From the NCBI GenBank assembly GCA_034669905.1, contig JAXMOL010000019.1, forward strand, positions 32,001-96,000: a stretch of DNA of 64,000 bases. The letters run 5' to 3'. Shown piece after piece: positions 40,787-50,756 of the stretch. How positions within the stretch are numbered: the first letter of the stretch is position 1; every line of letters starts with the position of its first letter. Both the position numbers and the translations under genes were made by a program. Origin of the DNA: Candidatus Hydrogenedentota bacterium (lineage in GTDB: Bacteria > Hydrogenedentota > Hydrogenedentia > Hydrogenedentales > JAEUWI01). The notes under the pieces were generated by a model. It had not been told where the DNA came from. It saw only the letters and a list, made by a program, of their open reading frames with translations, and did no database searches.

Positions 40787-41829
40787 ACTTCGTCTTTTTT
40801 ATCCTGAAATTCATCTCCTGGGGTATTCAGTGGTCGGCCGCCCTCGCTGTATTTCTCGTGGTCATGGCGGCCTCGGGCTACTACGTGTATGTGAAGGCCC
40901 TGGCTGGGGGCGAGCCGGTTCAGGTGCCGGATATCGTGAATCTTCCCCTGGAAGAGGCGGCGGTGCGCCTGGCCGAGCGGGGCCTGGAAATGGGTCGGCA
41001 TCAGCCGGTCCCCCATGATACGGCGCCCAAGTATCAGATTATCAGCCAACGTCCGGCCAGTGGCCGGGTGGTACGCACGGGGCGCAAGGTATACCCCACG
41101 GTCAGCATGGGCCCGGATTTTCTGACGGCTCCGACGCTGGAAAAGCGCTCTCTGGAAGATGCCCGGTCCGAGTTGGCCAACTCCCGTTTTCGTATCGGAA
41201 GCGTGGCCCGGATCCCCCACGCCAGCCCCCGTAACACCGTCATTGCGCAGGACCCGCCCCCCGGCCAGAACATGCCGGTACAGGGGAGTGTTCACCTGCT
41301 GGTCAGCGAGGGCGACGCCCAATACAAGGATTACATGCCCGACCTGCTCGGAAAGTCGGTGCTGGAAATTGAGAAGATTCTGGCCCCCTATGACGTGACT
41401 ATCGTGCCGGAAATCGCGACCAACCTGCCCAATGCCCGGGAAGATACGGTACTGGAGCAGAATCCGCTTCCGGCATCCATGATATTCGACGGCCAGGTGG
41501 TCACCTACAAGGTGAAGCCGTCGGGAAGCATCGTGCTGCCCGACACGCGCCACACGGGTACCGTCCGTTACGTCATGCCCTATGACTGGTATGACCGCGA
41601 TGTTCGCATTGACCAGATCGACCAGCTGGGCGTTCGCGAAACAATCGGCAGCTACCCTGCGGCCTTCGATGAAGGTGCCAAGGCAAGCCGGGTCAAAGGT
41701 GCCACGCTCAAGATTCCCGTGACCTACATTGGCGCCTGTACCGTCGAAATCTATATCGATAATGGCCGCATTGCGGCGTATCAACTCAGCAATGGCGAAG
41801 CGCCCACCAGCACAACCCAGACGCTGTAG
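40744..41829 (+). CDS. PASTA-domain membrane protein without a kinase domain (start uncertain, GTG 40744 used)
   Basis: N-terminal TM then three PASTA repeats (VPDIVNL...QRPASG; APTLEKRS...QDPPPG; MPDLLGKS...QNPLPA). Confidence 0.85.
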   Translation: MGRIFLDAISETILNFVFFILKFISWGIQWSAALAVFLVVMAASGYYVYVKALAGGEPVQVPDIVNLPLEEAAVRLAERGLEMGRHQPVPHDTAPKYQIISQRPASGRVVRTGRKVYPTVSMGPDFLTAPTLEKRSLEDARSELANSRFRIGSVARIPHASPRNTVIAQDPPPGQNMPVQGSVHLLVSEGDAQYKDYMPDLLGKSVLEIEKILAPYDVTIVPEIATNLPNAREDTVLEQNPLPASMIFDGQVVTYKVKPSGSIVLPDTRHTGTVRYVMPYDWYDRDVRIDQIDQLGVRETIGSYPAAFDEGAKASRVKGATLKIPVTYIGACTVEIYIDNGRIAAYQLSNGEAPTSTTQTL

Positions 41830-41844
41830 TCGAAAGGTTTTATA

Positions 41845-42489
41845 GTGCCCCCCATTAAAATTGCCCCGTCTATCCTTGCCAGTGATTTCAGCCGCCTTGG
41901 AGAAGAAGTCACTTCCGTCATCAATGCCGGTGCCGACATGATCCATCTTGATGTCATGGACGGCCACTTTGCACCAAACCTTACGATGGGGCCCGCCGTG
42001 GTGTCATCCCTGCGCCGTCATTGCACGGTGCCGATGGACGTGCACCTCATGATCTCGGATCCCATGGCCTACGTGGCAGATTTCGCCCACGCCGGGGCCG
42101 ACATGATTACCTTTCATGTGGAAGCCACTGACCACCCCCTCCGGATCATCGACACCATCAAGGAGCTGGGCTGCCAGGCGGGCATCGTGCTGAATCCGGG
42201 CACCCCGGAAGAAGACATCGAGTTCATCACCGAATACATCGACATGGTGCTCATCATGACGGTGAACCCGGGCTTTGGTGGCCAGAAATTTATTCCGGAT
42301 ATGCTGCGCAAGATTCAAAATGTGCGGGCCATGATGGAAGATCGTGATGTGGAAGTGGATGGCGGAATCGACGTCAGTACGGCACCAGCCGTCATCGAAG
42401 CCGGTGCCAACGTGCTGGTGGCCGGCTCCTATGTATTTGGCCACGAATCCTACCTGACGGCCATCGAATCCCTCCGCCCGGCAAAATAA
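41845..42489 (+). CDS. rpe: ribulose-phosphate 3-epimerase
   Basis: IAPSILASDF, HLDVMDGHF, DVHLMI, MTVNPGFGGQ, VDGG. Confidence 0.97.
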   Translation: MPPIKIAPSILASDFSRLGEEVTSVINAGADMIHLDVMDGHFAPNLTMGPAVVSSLRRHCTVPMDVHLMISDPMAYVADFAHAGADMITFHVEATDHPLRIIDTIKELGCQAGIVLNPGTPEEDIEFITEYIDMVLIMTVNPGFGGQKFIPDMLRKIQNVRAMMEDRDVEVDGGIDVSTAPAVIEAGANVLVAGSYVFGHESYLTAIESLRPAK

Positions 42490-42507
42490 CCGGGCCAAGG
42501 CCTTGGC

Positions 42508-43689
42508 CTATTGGGCCTGTGCGGCGGAAGCGGGGACCTCATGGAGACCCTTCCAGCGGGCCACCCCTTCTTCGATGGATAGATACCATCCCCGGCTGGG
42601 TACGGCTTCCGAGACGATGAGCGGGGTCTTGCTCAGTTCGGTCCCATTTAATGAGACGGAAAGCTCTCCGATTACCGTGGCCTTTTGCAGGGGGGCCTGT
42701 AGGGAAGGCGGATGATGGGCGGCGATATCCAGCGAGGCCAACAATTGGCGGGGCAGGTTGACCGTGACATCCCCGGCGGGGCTCACCGCAATCGAATCTG
42801 ACCGTCCCCGGGTCACCGGCACCGACACCCCGATGGCATCCCCCTTCGCCAGGAGGCGGACTTCCGCGTAATCGTCAAAGTACTGGTTCATGGTGTCTTC
42901 GGCCAGCTGGAAGCGACCGTACTTGCTTTGGGAGCCCATAACGATGCAGATGAGACGGCGCCCGTTTCGCTTGGCCGAGGCCGCAATACAGAAGCCGGCC
43001 GCACGAATATATCCGGTCTTGAGTCCGTCGCAGTCCTCCATACGCCACAGGAGTTTGTTGGTGTTGAACTTGATGGAATCTTCCGGGCGGAACTGAAACT
43101 CTTTTTGTCCTACCAAATCCATGATGGCAGGCTTGTCGACACACGCCCGGGCCAGAATCGCCATGTCCACCGCCGTAGTCTGGTCAAAGGGATCCCCCTT
43201 ATCGGGTGGCAAGCCGTGTACACCGTTGATGATGGTGTCCTTCATACCCAGTGACTTCGCCCGGGCATTGGCGACCTTGAGGTAGGCATCTTCGCTACCC
43301 CACAGGCCCTCTGCGATGGCCATGGCCGCATCGTTGGCGGAGGCGATGGTAACCGCATCGAGCAGGTGATCCAGGGGCCAGGTCTCGCCTGCATTCAGAT
43401 ATACCTGGGTCCCCCCCATGCTTTCGGCGAGCGGAGAAACGCTGATGGGCGTTTCCGTGTGCCAGTCACCGCGTTCGTAGCCTTCCACGACCAGCAACAT
43501 GAGCATGAGCTTAATCATGCTGGCCGGTGGACGCTTCACGTCGCCATATTCATTGTGGAGAATAAGCCCCCGCTCGGCCTCCATACACAAAACACTCACC
43601 GGCGGCTCGGACCCGGCGACCGCCCGGGCACACATAAGACTTACGACGAGAAACGACACCAACGGGGTGCCAGTCCAATTCCATTTCAT
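42508..43689 (-). CDS. D-alanyl-D-alanine carboxypeptidase (peptidase S11)
   Basis: SxxK (ASMIK), SAN, KTG; PBP5-like C-terminal domain; signal peptide. Confidence 0.92.
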   Translation of the reverse strand: MKWNWTGTPLVSFLVVSLMCARAVAGSEPPVSVLCMEAERGLILHNEYGDVKRPPASMIKLMLMLLVVEGYERGDWHTETPISVSPLAESMGGTQVYLNAGETWPLDHLLDAVTIASANDAAMAIAEGLWGSEDAYLKVANARAKSLGMKDTIINGVHGLPPDKGDPFDQTTAVDMAILARACVDKPAIMDLVGQKEFQFRPEDSIKFNTNKLLWRMEDCDGLKTGYIRAAGFCIAASAKRNGRRLICIVMGSQSKYGRFQLAEDTMNQYFDDYAEVRLLAKGDAIGVSVPVTRGRSDSIAVSPAGDVTVNLPRQLLASLDIAAHHPPSLQAPLQKATVIGELSVSLNGTELSKTPLIVSEAVPSRGWYLSIEEGVARWKGLHEVPASAAQAQ

Positions 43690-43729
43690 AGGGTACACTC
43701 ACTTATCCAGGAAAAGTCCCGGCGACAGT

Positions 43730-46501
43730 TTAAACAGGTACGGGTTCTTTGGGAACGTGGCTCTTCACCAGCTTGACCAGCTCATCGATATGGAACGGCT
43801 TGCGAAGGGTGCCCGCGAACCAACTCGGTACGGAGTCACGGCTGGGAAACCCCGACATGGCGTAGATGGCGAGACTGGCGTTTTCCCCATGCGCTTTCAG
43901 CCAATCCAGACGTTCAAAGGTTTCCACCCCCGGCACGTCCACATCAACCAACACCACATGGGGCAGATCCTCTTCGATAAGCTCTTGGGCCTGCTCCGGT
44001 GTCGCCGCGCAATAGGTCAACACCTGGCGATGACTCATGGCCGTTTCGACCCACTCCAGCAGGCCCGGGTCGGAATCCACCACGAGGAGCCGTGCCTGCC
44101 ATCCGGGGTTGGTCGTTCCTTCGGAGGGGGTTGTCGGCTCGAAGGCCTGCTCAGAATGATTGCACACACGGTCCAATGCGGTCGCGAGATCCTGGGCTGT
44201 AAAGGGTTTGTTGACAAACATGATGTCTCCCCAAAGCCGATCCGCCTCTTTCAATTGCTCTGCCGACTCGCCTGAAAAGGCGATGATGGGTATGGTATCG
44301 GTGGCGAGATTCTGACGCAATAGGGCGAGGGTGTTCAGCCCGGCGAGATCGTTCATGGTGTCGTTCAGGAGAATCAAATCGGGGTGGTGTTGTTCCACTT
44401 CCCGAACACATTCATACCCGTTGGCGGCGTAACGACAATTCAGCCCCAATGGAGTCAGCACGGTATCAATCGCTGCGGGGAAGGCCTCTCCCTCGTCGAC
44501 GACGAGTAACTCTTTCACCTCCAGGGGCCCCACACTCTCCCGCTCCCACCGTTCATCAAACACGGCGTCGGGCAGATTGATGGTGAAGGTCGTGCCTTTT
44601 CCCTCTTCACTGTCCAAGGTAATGAAACCACCGTGTGCTTCGACAATGCTCTTGGCGATGGAGAGTCCGATACCTGTGCCTTCGTAGCGCCGGGTTTTCG
44701 AGCTGTCGGCCTGGAAGAACTTTTCGAATACCTTCTGACGATGTTCTTCCCGGATGCCGATCCCGGTGTCGGATACCGAGAGCGTAAATACGCGATCGGG
44801 TGTGGTCGTCGCCCGCACTTCGATGCGACCACCTTCCGGTGTGAACTTGAGCGCGTTGTTCAGCAGGATGCCCAGCACCTGCCCCAGCTTCTCCCGGTCA
44901 CACCAGGTGGGCACAATGCCGTCTGCGACGACAGCCACCAGCTCAATCTCCCGTGCAAGGGCATCCGGATGAAAGGAGGAAACGGCCTCCTCTACCATGT
45001 AGGCGGGTGAAAAGAGCCGCCGCGACAGGCGCACGCCCCGAATCTCCATCCGACTGAACTCGATAATTTCATTGAGATGGCCAATCAGCCGCTTTACGTT
45101 GCGGTCCATGACCCGAATGGCGGCACTCTGCGGGCCCGCCATCTCACCGAGGCTGCCCGATTCCAGCATTTCCACATAGCCCTGAATGGTGCTCAGGGGG
45201 GTCCGCAGCTCGTGGCTCACGTTGGAGAGGAAGCTGTCCTTCGCTCGGTCATGCATCAACAGCTCTTCGTTGAGGAGCTCCAACTCGTGGGCGCGCTGCT
45301 CCAACTGATGCTGCATCTGCTTCAGTTCGCGTACGCTGGTGACCACCAGGGAGTGGCCCGGCAAGTCGTCTCCGGTGCGCTGCAAAAAGGTCACGGCAAC
45401 CACGACGGGTAACAGCTCTCCCTGGGCATCGAGAAAATTCAACTCAAGGCGGGCCTCGTGGATGGGCAAGACTTCACGGCGTACCAATAGATTCAGCAGT
45501 CGGACGCGGCCCACGCCATCTACCAGATCCAGCACATTCTTCCCGATGAGGGTTTCATTGTCCAAATCAATCAGGTCACAAAACCGCTCATTGACGAACT
45601 GAATGCGGTTATTACCATCAACCGTGAGGAACCCTTCGTTCATGGAGAGAAGCAGTGCCCGCAGCCCTTCTTCCGAATTCTGGAGCCGCTGGGTCTGTTC
45701 CTCCACCAGTGTCTGGAGCCCTTCGGCATAGCGCTCGACCCGTTTCGCAAGGCGCCGCTGCTCGGTGGTTTCCCGCACGGTAGCCATGTTGGCATAGTGG
45801 CGCCCGAAACGGTTGAGCAAGGGAGTGCCACTGAACCAGAAGTAACGCTCTTCCCCATCGACGCTCCAGCACACCTCGTACTCCGAGGCGATCTGGCTCG
45901 CGCGGGCTTTCAGTTGCTCGGTCACCGGGTGGAGTTCAAAGCGGGCGGCGAGGTTGGTCACATCGGCCCCCAGCACTTCGGCCTCGGCCACACCAAACAT
46001 CTCGAGAAGCCGCTTATTGGCCATCAGCACGTGGCCGTCCACGTGGCTGAGGATAAACCCCTCGTGCATGTGGTTGGCCAGATACATAAAGCGCTCCGCG
46101 ACCTCTTCCACATCCTCGCTGGTCCTCACGACCATATACAACACAACGACCAGGCCCAGCATGAGACTGCCGATGCCCACGGTCCGCGAAAACTGGGTGA
46201 CCGAGTCGGCCACGAGATCACTTTCGGTCATCATGCCCGTGATCCCCGAAACGCTCAGTCCGGCCCCCAGGAGGAGAAGGAGGACACCGAGAAGGAGGAG
46301 GAATCGTTCGACGAGACTAATCTGAAAGCGGGCCAGCAGATTACCGTAGGAAAGGAGCGGAACGGCCACGGAGAGTAGAATCACGGTGGCACGCCACGGA
46401 TAGCTCTCCAATTGGTGCGAGAGCTGGACGCCCCCCAGGCCCATCAGGATGGGGATGAGGTACAGTACGAGACGTTTTCTTGGGTAGCGACTCTTCAGCA
46501 T
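43730..46501 (-). CDS. hybrid sensor histidine kinase (TMs, 2 PAS, HisKA, HATPase, 2 receiver domains)
   Basis: SHELRTPL, NALKFT, DTGIGI, GTGIGL; two C-terminal REC-like domains each ending in KPF. Confidence 0.92.
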   Translation of the reverse strand: MLKSRYPRKRLVLYLIPILMGLGGVQLSHQLESYPWRATVILLSVAVPLLSYGNLLARFQISLVERFLLLLGVLLLLLGAGLSVSGITGMMTESDLVADSVTQFSRTVGIGSLMLGLVVVLYMVVRTSEDVEEVAERFMYLANHMHEGFILSHVDGHVLMANKRLLEMFGVAEAEVLGADVTNLAARFELHPVTEQLKARASQIASEYEVCWSVDGEERYFWFSGTPLLNRFGRHYANMATVRETTEQRRLAKRVERYAEGLQTLVEEQTQRLQNSEEGLRALLLSMNEGFLTVDGNNRIQFVNERFCDLIDLDNETLIGKNVLDLVDGVGRVRLLNLLVRREVLPIHEARLELNFLDAQGELLPVVVAVTFLQRTGDDLPGHSLVVTSVRELKQMQHQLEQRAHELELLNEELLMHDRAKDSFLSNVSHELRTPLSTIQGYVEMLESGSLGEMAGPQSAAIRVMDRNVKRLIGHLNEIIEFSRMEIRGVRLSRRLFSPAYMVEEAVSSFHPDALAREIELVAVVADGIVPTWCDREKLGQVLGILLNNALKFTPEGGRIEVRATTTPDRVFTLSVSDTGIGIREEHRQKVFEKFFQADSSKTRRYEGTGIGLSIAKSIVEAHGGFITLDSEEGKGTTFTINLPDAVFDERWERESVGPLEVKELLVVDEGEAFPAAIDTVLTPLGLNCRYAANGYECVREVEQHHPDLILLNDTMNDLAGLNTLALLRQNLATDTIPIIAFSGESAEQLKEADRLWGDIMFVNKPFTAQDLATALDRVCNHSEQAFEPTTPSEGTTNPGWQARLLVVDSDPGLLEWVETAMSHRQVLTYCAATPEQAQELIEEDLPHVVLVDVDVPGVETFERLDWLKAHGENASLAIYAMSGFPSRDSVPSWFAGTLRKPFHIDELVKLVKSHVPKEPVPV

Positions 46502-46510
46502 AGTACTCGT

Positions 46511-46981
46511 TTACGTAGATCGGCTAGAACGAATCGATTGCTTTTCACGGGCAATGGCTTCGCTAGCTAGCGTATCACAGCGCTCATTGTAATGCACACC
46601 TGCGTGCCCCTTAACCCATTGCCACGAAATGTCATGACGCTGGGTGGCTTCATCCAGCGCTTTCCAGAGATCCACGTTCTTGATGGGACCGCCCTTCCGT
46701 TTCCAGTTGCGGCGCTTCCAACCGGGCAACCACTCCGTAATCCCCCGTTTCACGTACTCGGAGTCGGTAATGAGTTGCACGTTACACGGCCGCTTCAGGG
46801 CTTCGAGGCCCGATATGGCGGCGGTCATTTCCATACGGTTGTTGGTCGTCTCCGGGTCACTCCCCGAAAGCTCCCGCTCTTTCCCGTTGTAAATCAGGAT
46901 GGCGGCCCAACCGCCGACTCCGGGATTGGGCTCGCAGCCCCCGTCGGTATAAATAATTACGGTGTCGTTTTCCTGGGACAC
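46511..46981 (-). CDS. rnhA: ribonuclease HI (start moved to GTG 46981)
   Basis: IYTDGGC.PNPG.GGW, TTNNRME, TDSEYV, KNVDLW, WVKGHAG..NERCD.LA; GGAG RBS. Confidence 0.96.
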   Translation of the reverse strand: MSQENDTVIIYTDGGCEPNPGVGGWAAILIYNGKERELSGSDPETTNNRMEMTAAISGLEALKRPCNVQLITDSEYVKRGITEWLPGWKRRNWKRKGGPIKNVDLWKALDEATQRHDISWQWVKGHAGVHYNERCDTLASEAIAREKQSIRSSRST

Positions 46982-47937
46982 AGATCTTGCTCCATCTTTT
47001 CCATACCCCGTGGGGTTTCGCGTTTTGTGATTGAATGACCACGGGCGGCCTTGCGGCGATCCCAGATAACGACGCCGTAGAGTCCCGATAGAATCAGCAC
47101 CATCGCCGCCACCACATTCCAGGTCAGGGGCTCGCCGAGCACCAGCATGGCCAGCACCGCGGCCATCGGCGGTTTCAGTAAGATTACACTCATCGCCTGG
47201 GTGGCGTCGATACGCTCCAGCCCCATGAAATAGACCCAATAGGCGATGCCAGTAGTTCCGATAGAGAGATACAGCACGCGCCCGGGATGTTGGAGCAAGG
47301 GTGTCACGTCGAACCCGCCCCCTTCCCAGAGCATGAGGGGCGTCATGAAAGCCACGCCAAAAACAAAGGAAAGGGCTGTAATGGGCAGGCCACCGAAGGG
47401 CCCGGCATACTTTTTGACCAGCACCGCCCAGAGACAGAAAGAACCCACGCTGATCAGGGCACATCCCACGCCCGGAAGTGAAAAGGTGGCCGACGGCTTC
47501 CCGGAAGCCAGCAGGACAATTCCGATAAAACCGCTGGCGAGACCGATGATGCGGGGCGTCGTCATCAGGTCACCCAGGAGCACCCGGGACATGGCCATGA
47601 CGAAGAGGGGTGCCGCGCCGTAGACCGTGGCAATGACGGCAGCCCCGCTCAGCGTAAGTCCGTATTGGAGCGCAATACTCGAAACGGCAATTCCGGGTAA
47701 GGAAGACCACGCGGCAAATCGAATAATCGCCCCATTCAGACGCAAACCCCGGCGCCGAAGTTCAAAGGGCAAGAGGGCAACCAGAAATACGGCACCGAGC
47801 ATGAACCGGACCCAGGCAAACTGAATGGGCGGGATCGCTGCATGAAGGGTACGCACGGCCACTTCCACGGTGCTCCAGAGCCCAATGGCTACCAGAAGGA
47901 AGAGAAAGCCGAGCCGTTCATTCTTGGTCGTATTCAT
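46957..47937 (-). CDS. DMT/EamA family transporter (start moved to ATG 47937)
   Basis: About 10 TMs in two EamA halves ([19 protein letters not shown]). Confidence 0.9.
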   Translation of the reverse strand: MNTTKNERLGFLFLLVAIGLWSTVEVAVRTLHAAIPPIQFAWVRFMLGAVFLVALLPFELRRRGLRLNGAIIRFAAWSSLPGIAVSSIALQYGLTLSGAAVIATVYGAAPLFVMAMSRVLLGDLMTTPRIIGLASGFIGIVLLASGKPSATFSLPGVGCALISVGSFCLWAVLVKKYAGPFGGLPITALSFVFGVAFMTPLMLWEGGGFDVTPLLQHPGRVLYLSIGTTGIAYWVYFMGLERIDATQAMSVILLKPPMAAVLAMLVLGEPLTWNVVAAMVLILSGLYGVVIWDRRKAARGHSITKRETPRGMEKMEQDLCPRKTTP

Positions 47938-48145
47938 GGTGCGTCTTGGGGTATCCAGGTAGGGATGGAAAGAATGGGAGGAATGGCGGGCACAAGGACA
48001 ACCCGTCTGGCGGTCGACCTGAGAGCAGGGCATCGCCAGATGGGCACATTGTAGTGGCGTGACCTTGGGGGATGCAAGCCGAGTCCCGATTTCACGGGAT
48101 TACGCCCCGCAAACCCGGCATGGCCCCGACCTGGTGCCGCACCGA

Positions 48146-48697
48146 CTATTGACCGAGGAGTGACTCAATGTGTTCCGCGGCCTTTTGCTGGCGGTATTTC
48201 TGCGCAAGCTCCAGTGGCGTCTTCCCCGCCTCGTTTGTCTCCGTCAGGGGATCACCCGCACGGTGGAGTGCGGTCAGCACACGGGTTCGCCCACCCATCG
48301 CGGCGGTATGGCTCGGCCGATCACCGAATACGTCGCGCTTCTCCATGTCTGCGCCATGGGCGAGGAGCCACAAGGTCGACTTCTTTCCCATCAGGGCCGC
48401 CACATGCAGGGGCGTCATGCCGGTCTTGTCTGCGGCATTGACGTCGGCCCCGGCAGCGAGCAACAACTCCAGGGCGGCCTCCTGATTGTAATAGACCGCG
48501 TAATGCATCGGTTGCTTACCCAACTCGTTCTCGGCGTGCACGAGTTCGGGGTTGTGGTCTAACTGTTGCTTGAGGGTCTCGATATCCCCCCGCCCGATCA
48601 GATCATGGGGCGACGGCGTGCAGCCTGTGGTCGCGGACAGGGCAAGAAGCGCCAGGCCAAGCAGGGGCAGCGTGAAAGTCCGGATACGATACATCAT
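48146..48697 (-). CDS. ankyrin-repeat lipoprotein
   Basis: Signal peptide with TTGC lipobox-like site; ankyrin repeats (GKQPMHYA, GMTPLHVAA, GDRPSHTAA, GKTPLELA). Confidence 0.88.
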   Translation of the reverse strand: MMYRIRTFTLPLLGLALLALSATTGCTPSPHDLIGRGDIETLKQQLDHNPELVHAENELGKQPMHYAVYYNQEAALELLLAAGADVNAADKTGMTPLHVAALMGKKSTLWLLAHGADMEKRDVFGDRPSHTAAMGGRTRVLTALHRAGDPLTETNEAGKTPLELAQKYRQQKAAEHIESLLGQ

Positions 48698-49713
48698 GGG
48701 CCCGATTTCACCCGCGGTTTCGCTTTCACATCACTGGGTTTTTCCAGCCATTCGCCGCCGCCTTCGAGGTTGTCGGCGGTAAAGTACCGTGAAGGCAGAA
48801 CGATTTCGCGGGGCACTTCCTTCCCTTCCAGCACTTCCAGCGCCGTCGCGATGGCCTGGGCCCCGCCCGTGGGGTATTCGAAGCACACATCCAGGACGCC
48901 CTCGCGCACCATGACCTGGCCCTCCTGGGGTAGTCCATCAATACCGACGAAAATAATATCTTTTTCGCGTCCTGCGGCCCGTGCCGCCAGGTAGGCACCC
49001 TGGGCAGCCGGGTCGTTGTGCCCGTACACCAAATCTATCTGCTCAAAACGGGCCAACGCCGACTCCATCTCCTCCCGGGCCTTCGGCCCAAGCCACTCCA
49101 TGTCCGCCTCAAAAATAACTTCCAGGTCACTCTCCGCGATACCGGCGCGGAAGCCGGCGTTTCTATCCTGACCCGGCACGCTGGTCATGAGCCCCTTCAG
49201 TTCCACCACCTTGCCCTGTCCGTCCAACTTCAGCGCAGCCCAACGGCCGGCCGCTTCTCCGATCAGCTTATTGTCGGCGCCGATGAACTGGGTAAAGGCC
49301 TCCCCAAAGACCGCGCGATCCAGAACGATGACCGGAATGCCTGCTTCGTAGGCCTTTTTGAGGGGATCGGTCAGGGGGGCCGCTTCCTTGGGGCTGCAAA
49401 TCAACACATCCACCCCTTGGTTGACAAACTCTTCGACATGGGCCCGCTGGGTCAGGGTGTCGTTGCCCGCGTCCTTAAACAAGACCTTAAGGTGTGGATG
49501 GAGCGCCGCGGCGGCTTTGATATCCGCATTCATTTGAACGCGCCAGGGCTCCCCGAGATTGCACTGGCTCATGCCGATGACAAATGTCTCCGTCTCTCCC
49601 ACACCGGATGGCTGGCCTTCCTCACGGGCGGGTTGCTCCCCACCACCACAGGCGGTCAGCAGGGTGACCAGGGCCACCAGCAAGGCACTTCTTCTCCCGA
49701 ATTTCCACATCAT
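48694..49713 (-). CDS. sugar ABC transporter substrate-binding lipoprotein (RbsB-like)
   Basis: Lipobox LTAC; IPVIVLDR, GADN, DRNAGF, HNDPAA, VGIDG. Confidence 0.92.
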   Translation of the reverse strand: MMWKFGRRSALLVALVTLLTACGGGEQPAREEGQPSGVGETETFVIGMSQCNLGEPWRVQMNADIKAAAALHPHLKVLFKDAGNDTLTQRAHVEEFVNQGVDVLICSPKEAAPLTDPLKKAYEAGIPVIVLDRAVFGEAFTQFIGADNKLIGEAAGRWAALKLDGQGKVVELKGLMTSVPGQDRNAGFRAGIAESDLEVIFEADMEWLGPKAREEMESALARFEQIDLVYGHNDPAAQGAYLAARAAGREKDIIFVGIDGLPQEGQVMVREGVLDVCFEYPTGGAQAIATALEVLEGKEVPREIVLPSRYFTADNLEGGGEWLEKPSDVKAKPRVKSGP

Positions 49714-49730
49714 TTCACGCTCCCGACGTA

Positions 49731-50756
49731 TCACCGTGCACCAGGACCCTGGCGGCGCTGCAGCAACACGGCTGCAATAATAATGGCGCCGGTCAACATC
49801 AGTCGACTGGATTCACCCACGGCATTCAGACTCAGTATTTTCTCAAGGTACCCTATTGTAAGGGCACCGAGCAACGTCAAGAGTACGCTACCCCGTCCGC
49901 CCATGAGGCTCGTGCCCCCAATGACCACAATCGCAATCGCCGTAAGCTCATAGGTCGCTCCTGCTTCGGGATCCCCCTGGGTCTCCTGGGCGGCCTGGCA
50001 AATGCCGGCCACCGCCGCAAAAAATCCGCTGAGCCCATAGGCCAGTATCTTGACACGGCCCACGGGTACGCCCGAAAGGTGGGCACTGGTCTCGTTCCCG
50101 CCGATGGCGTAGAGATAGCGCCCCACCCGCAGCCGCCGGAGCACCACCCACGTTATGGCCACGCACAGGAGAAACAACACGGTAACAACGGCCACGTTGC
50201 CGCCGAGTATGCGGTTATCCAGCGTGGAAAATATGGGCGGCAACGGCACACTCTCGAAGTGCCCGGCTTCGCTTTGAATATAGGTGGATATTTTTTGGCC
50301 GCCGGAAAGGGACTTGGCCAGACCACGGGCGAAGACCATCATGGCCAGGGTCACAATAAAGGGCTGGAGGGCATAGCGGGCCACAAGGGCACCGGATACA
50401 AGGCCGCACAAGGCCCCGGCCGAAAGACAGAGCGGGATGGCCACATAGGGCGACCACCCCTGATGGATGGTCATCATGGAGAACAGGACGGCCACCAGGC
50501 CCAGCACGCTTCCGACCGAGAGGTCGATTCCCGCGGTTATGATGACCAGGGTCATGCCACAGGCCAGCATGCCGTAGACAGAGACCTGGCGCAGCATATC
50601 ACGGTGGGTATTCCAGTCGAAGAAGGCCCCGTCAGCATGGAAGACCGCCCCGAGCAGGAGAATTACCACGAGGGCCAGGGCAGCGCGTATCAGGGGAGCT
50701 GCCATCATGTTCGACAGGGCCCGAAAGGAATGTAGCCACTTAGAAATCACGTTCAT
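49731..50756 (-). CDS. sugar ABC transporter permease (RbsC-like; start uncertain)
   Basis: GMTLVIITAGIDLSVGS, PFIVTLA, GRYLYAIGGN, YELTAIAIVVIGGTSLMGG. Confidence 0.92.
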   Translation of the reverse strand: MNVISKWLHSFRALSNMMAAPLIRAALALVVILLLGAVFHADGAFFDWNTHRDMLRQVSVYGMLACGMTLVIITAGIDLSVGSVLGLVAVLFSMMTIHQGWSPYVAIPLCLSAGALCGLVSGALVARYALQPFIVTLAMMVFARGLAKSLSGGQKISTYIQSEAGHFESVPLPPIFSTLDNRILGGNVAVVTVLFLLCVAITWVVLRRLRVGRYLYAIGGNETSAHLSGVPVGRVKILAYGLSGFFAAVAGICQAAQETQGDPEAGATYELTAIAIVVIGGTSLMGGRGSVLLTLLGALTIGYLEKILSLNAVGESSRLMLTGAIIIAAVLLQRRQGPGAR

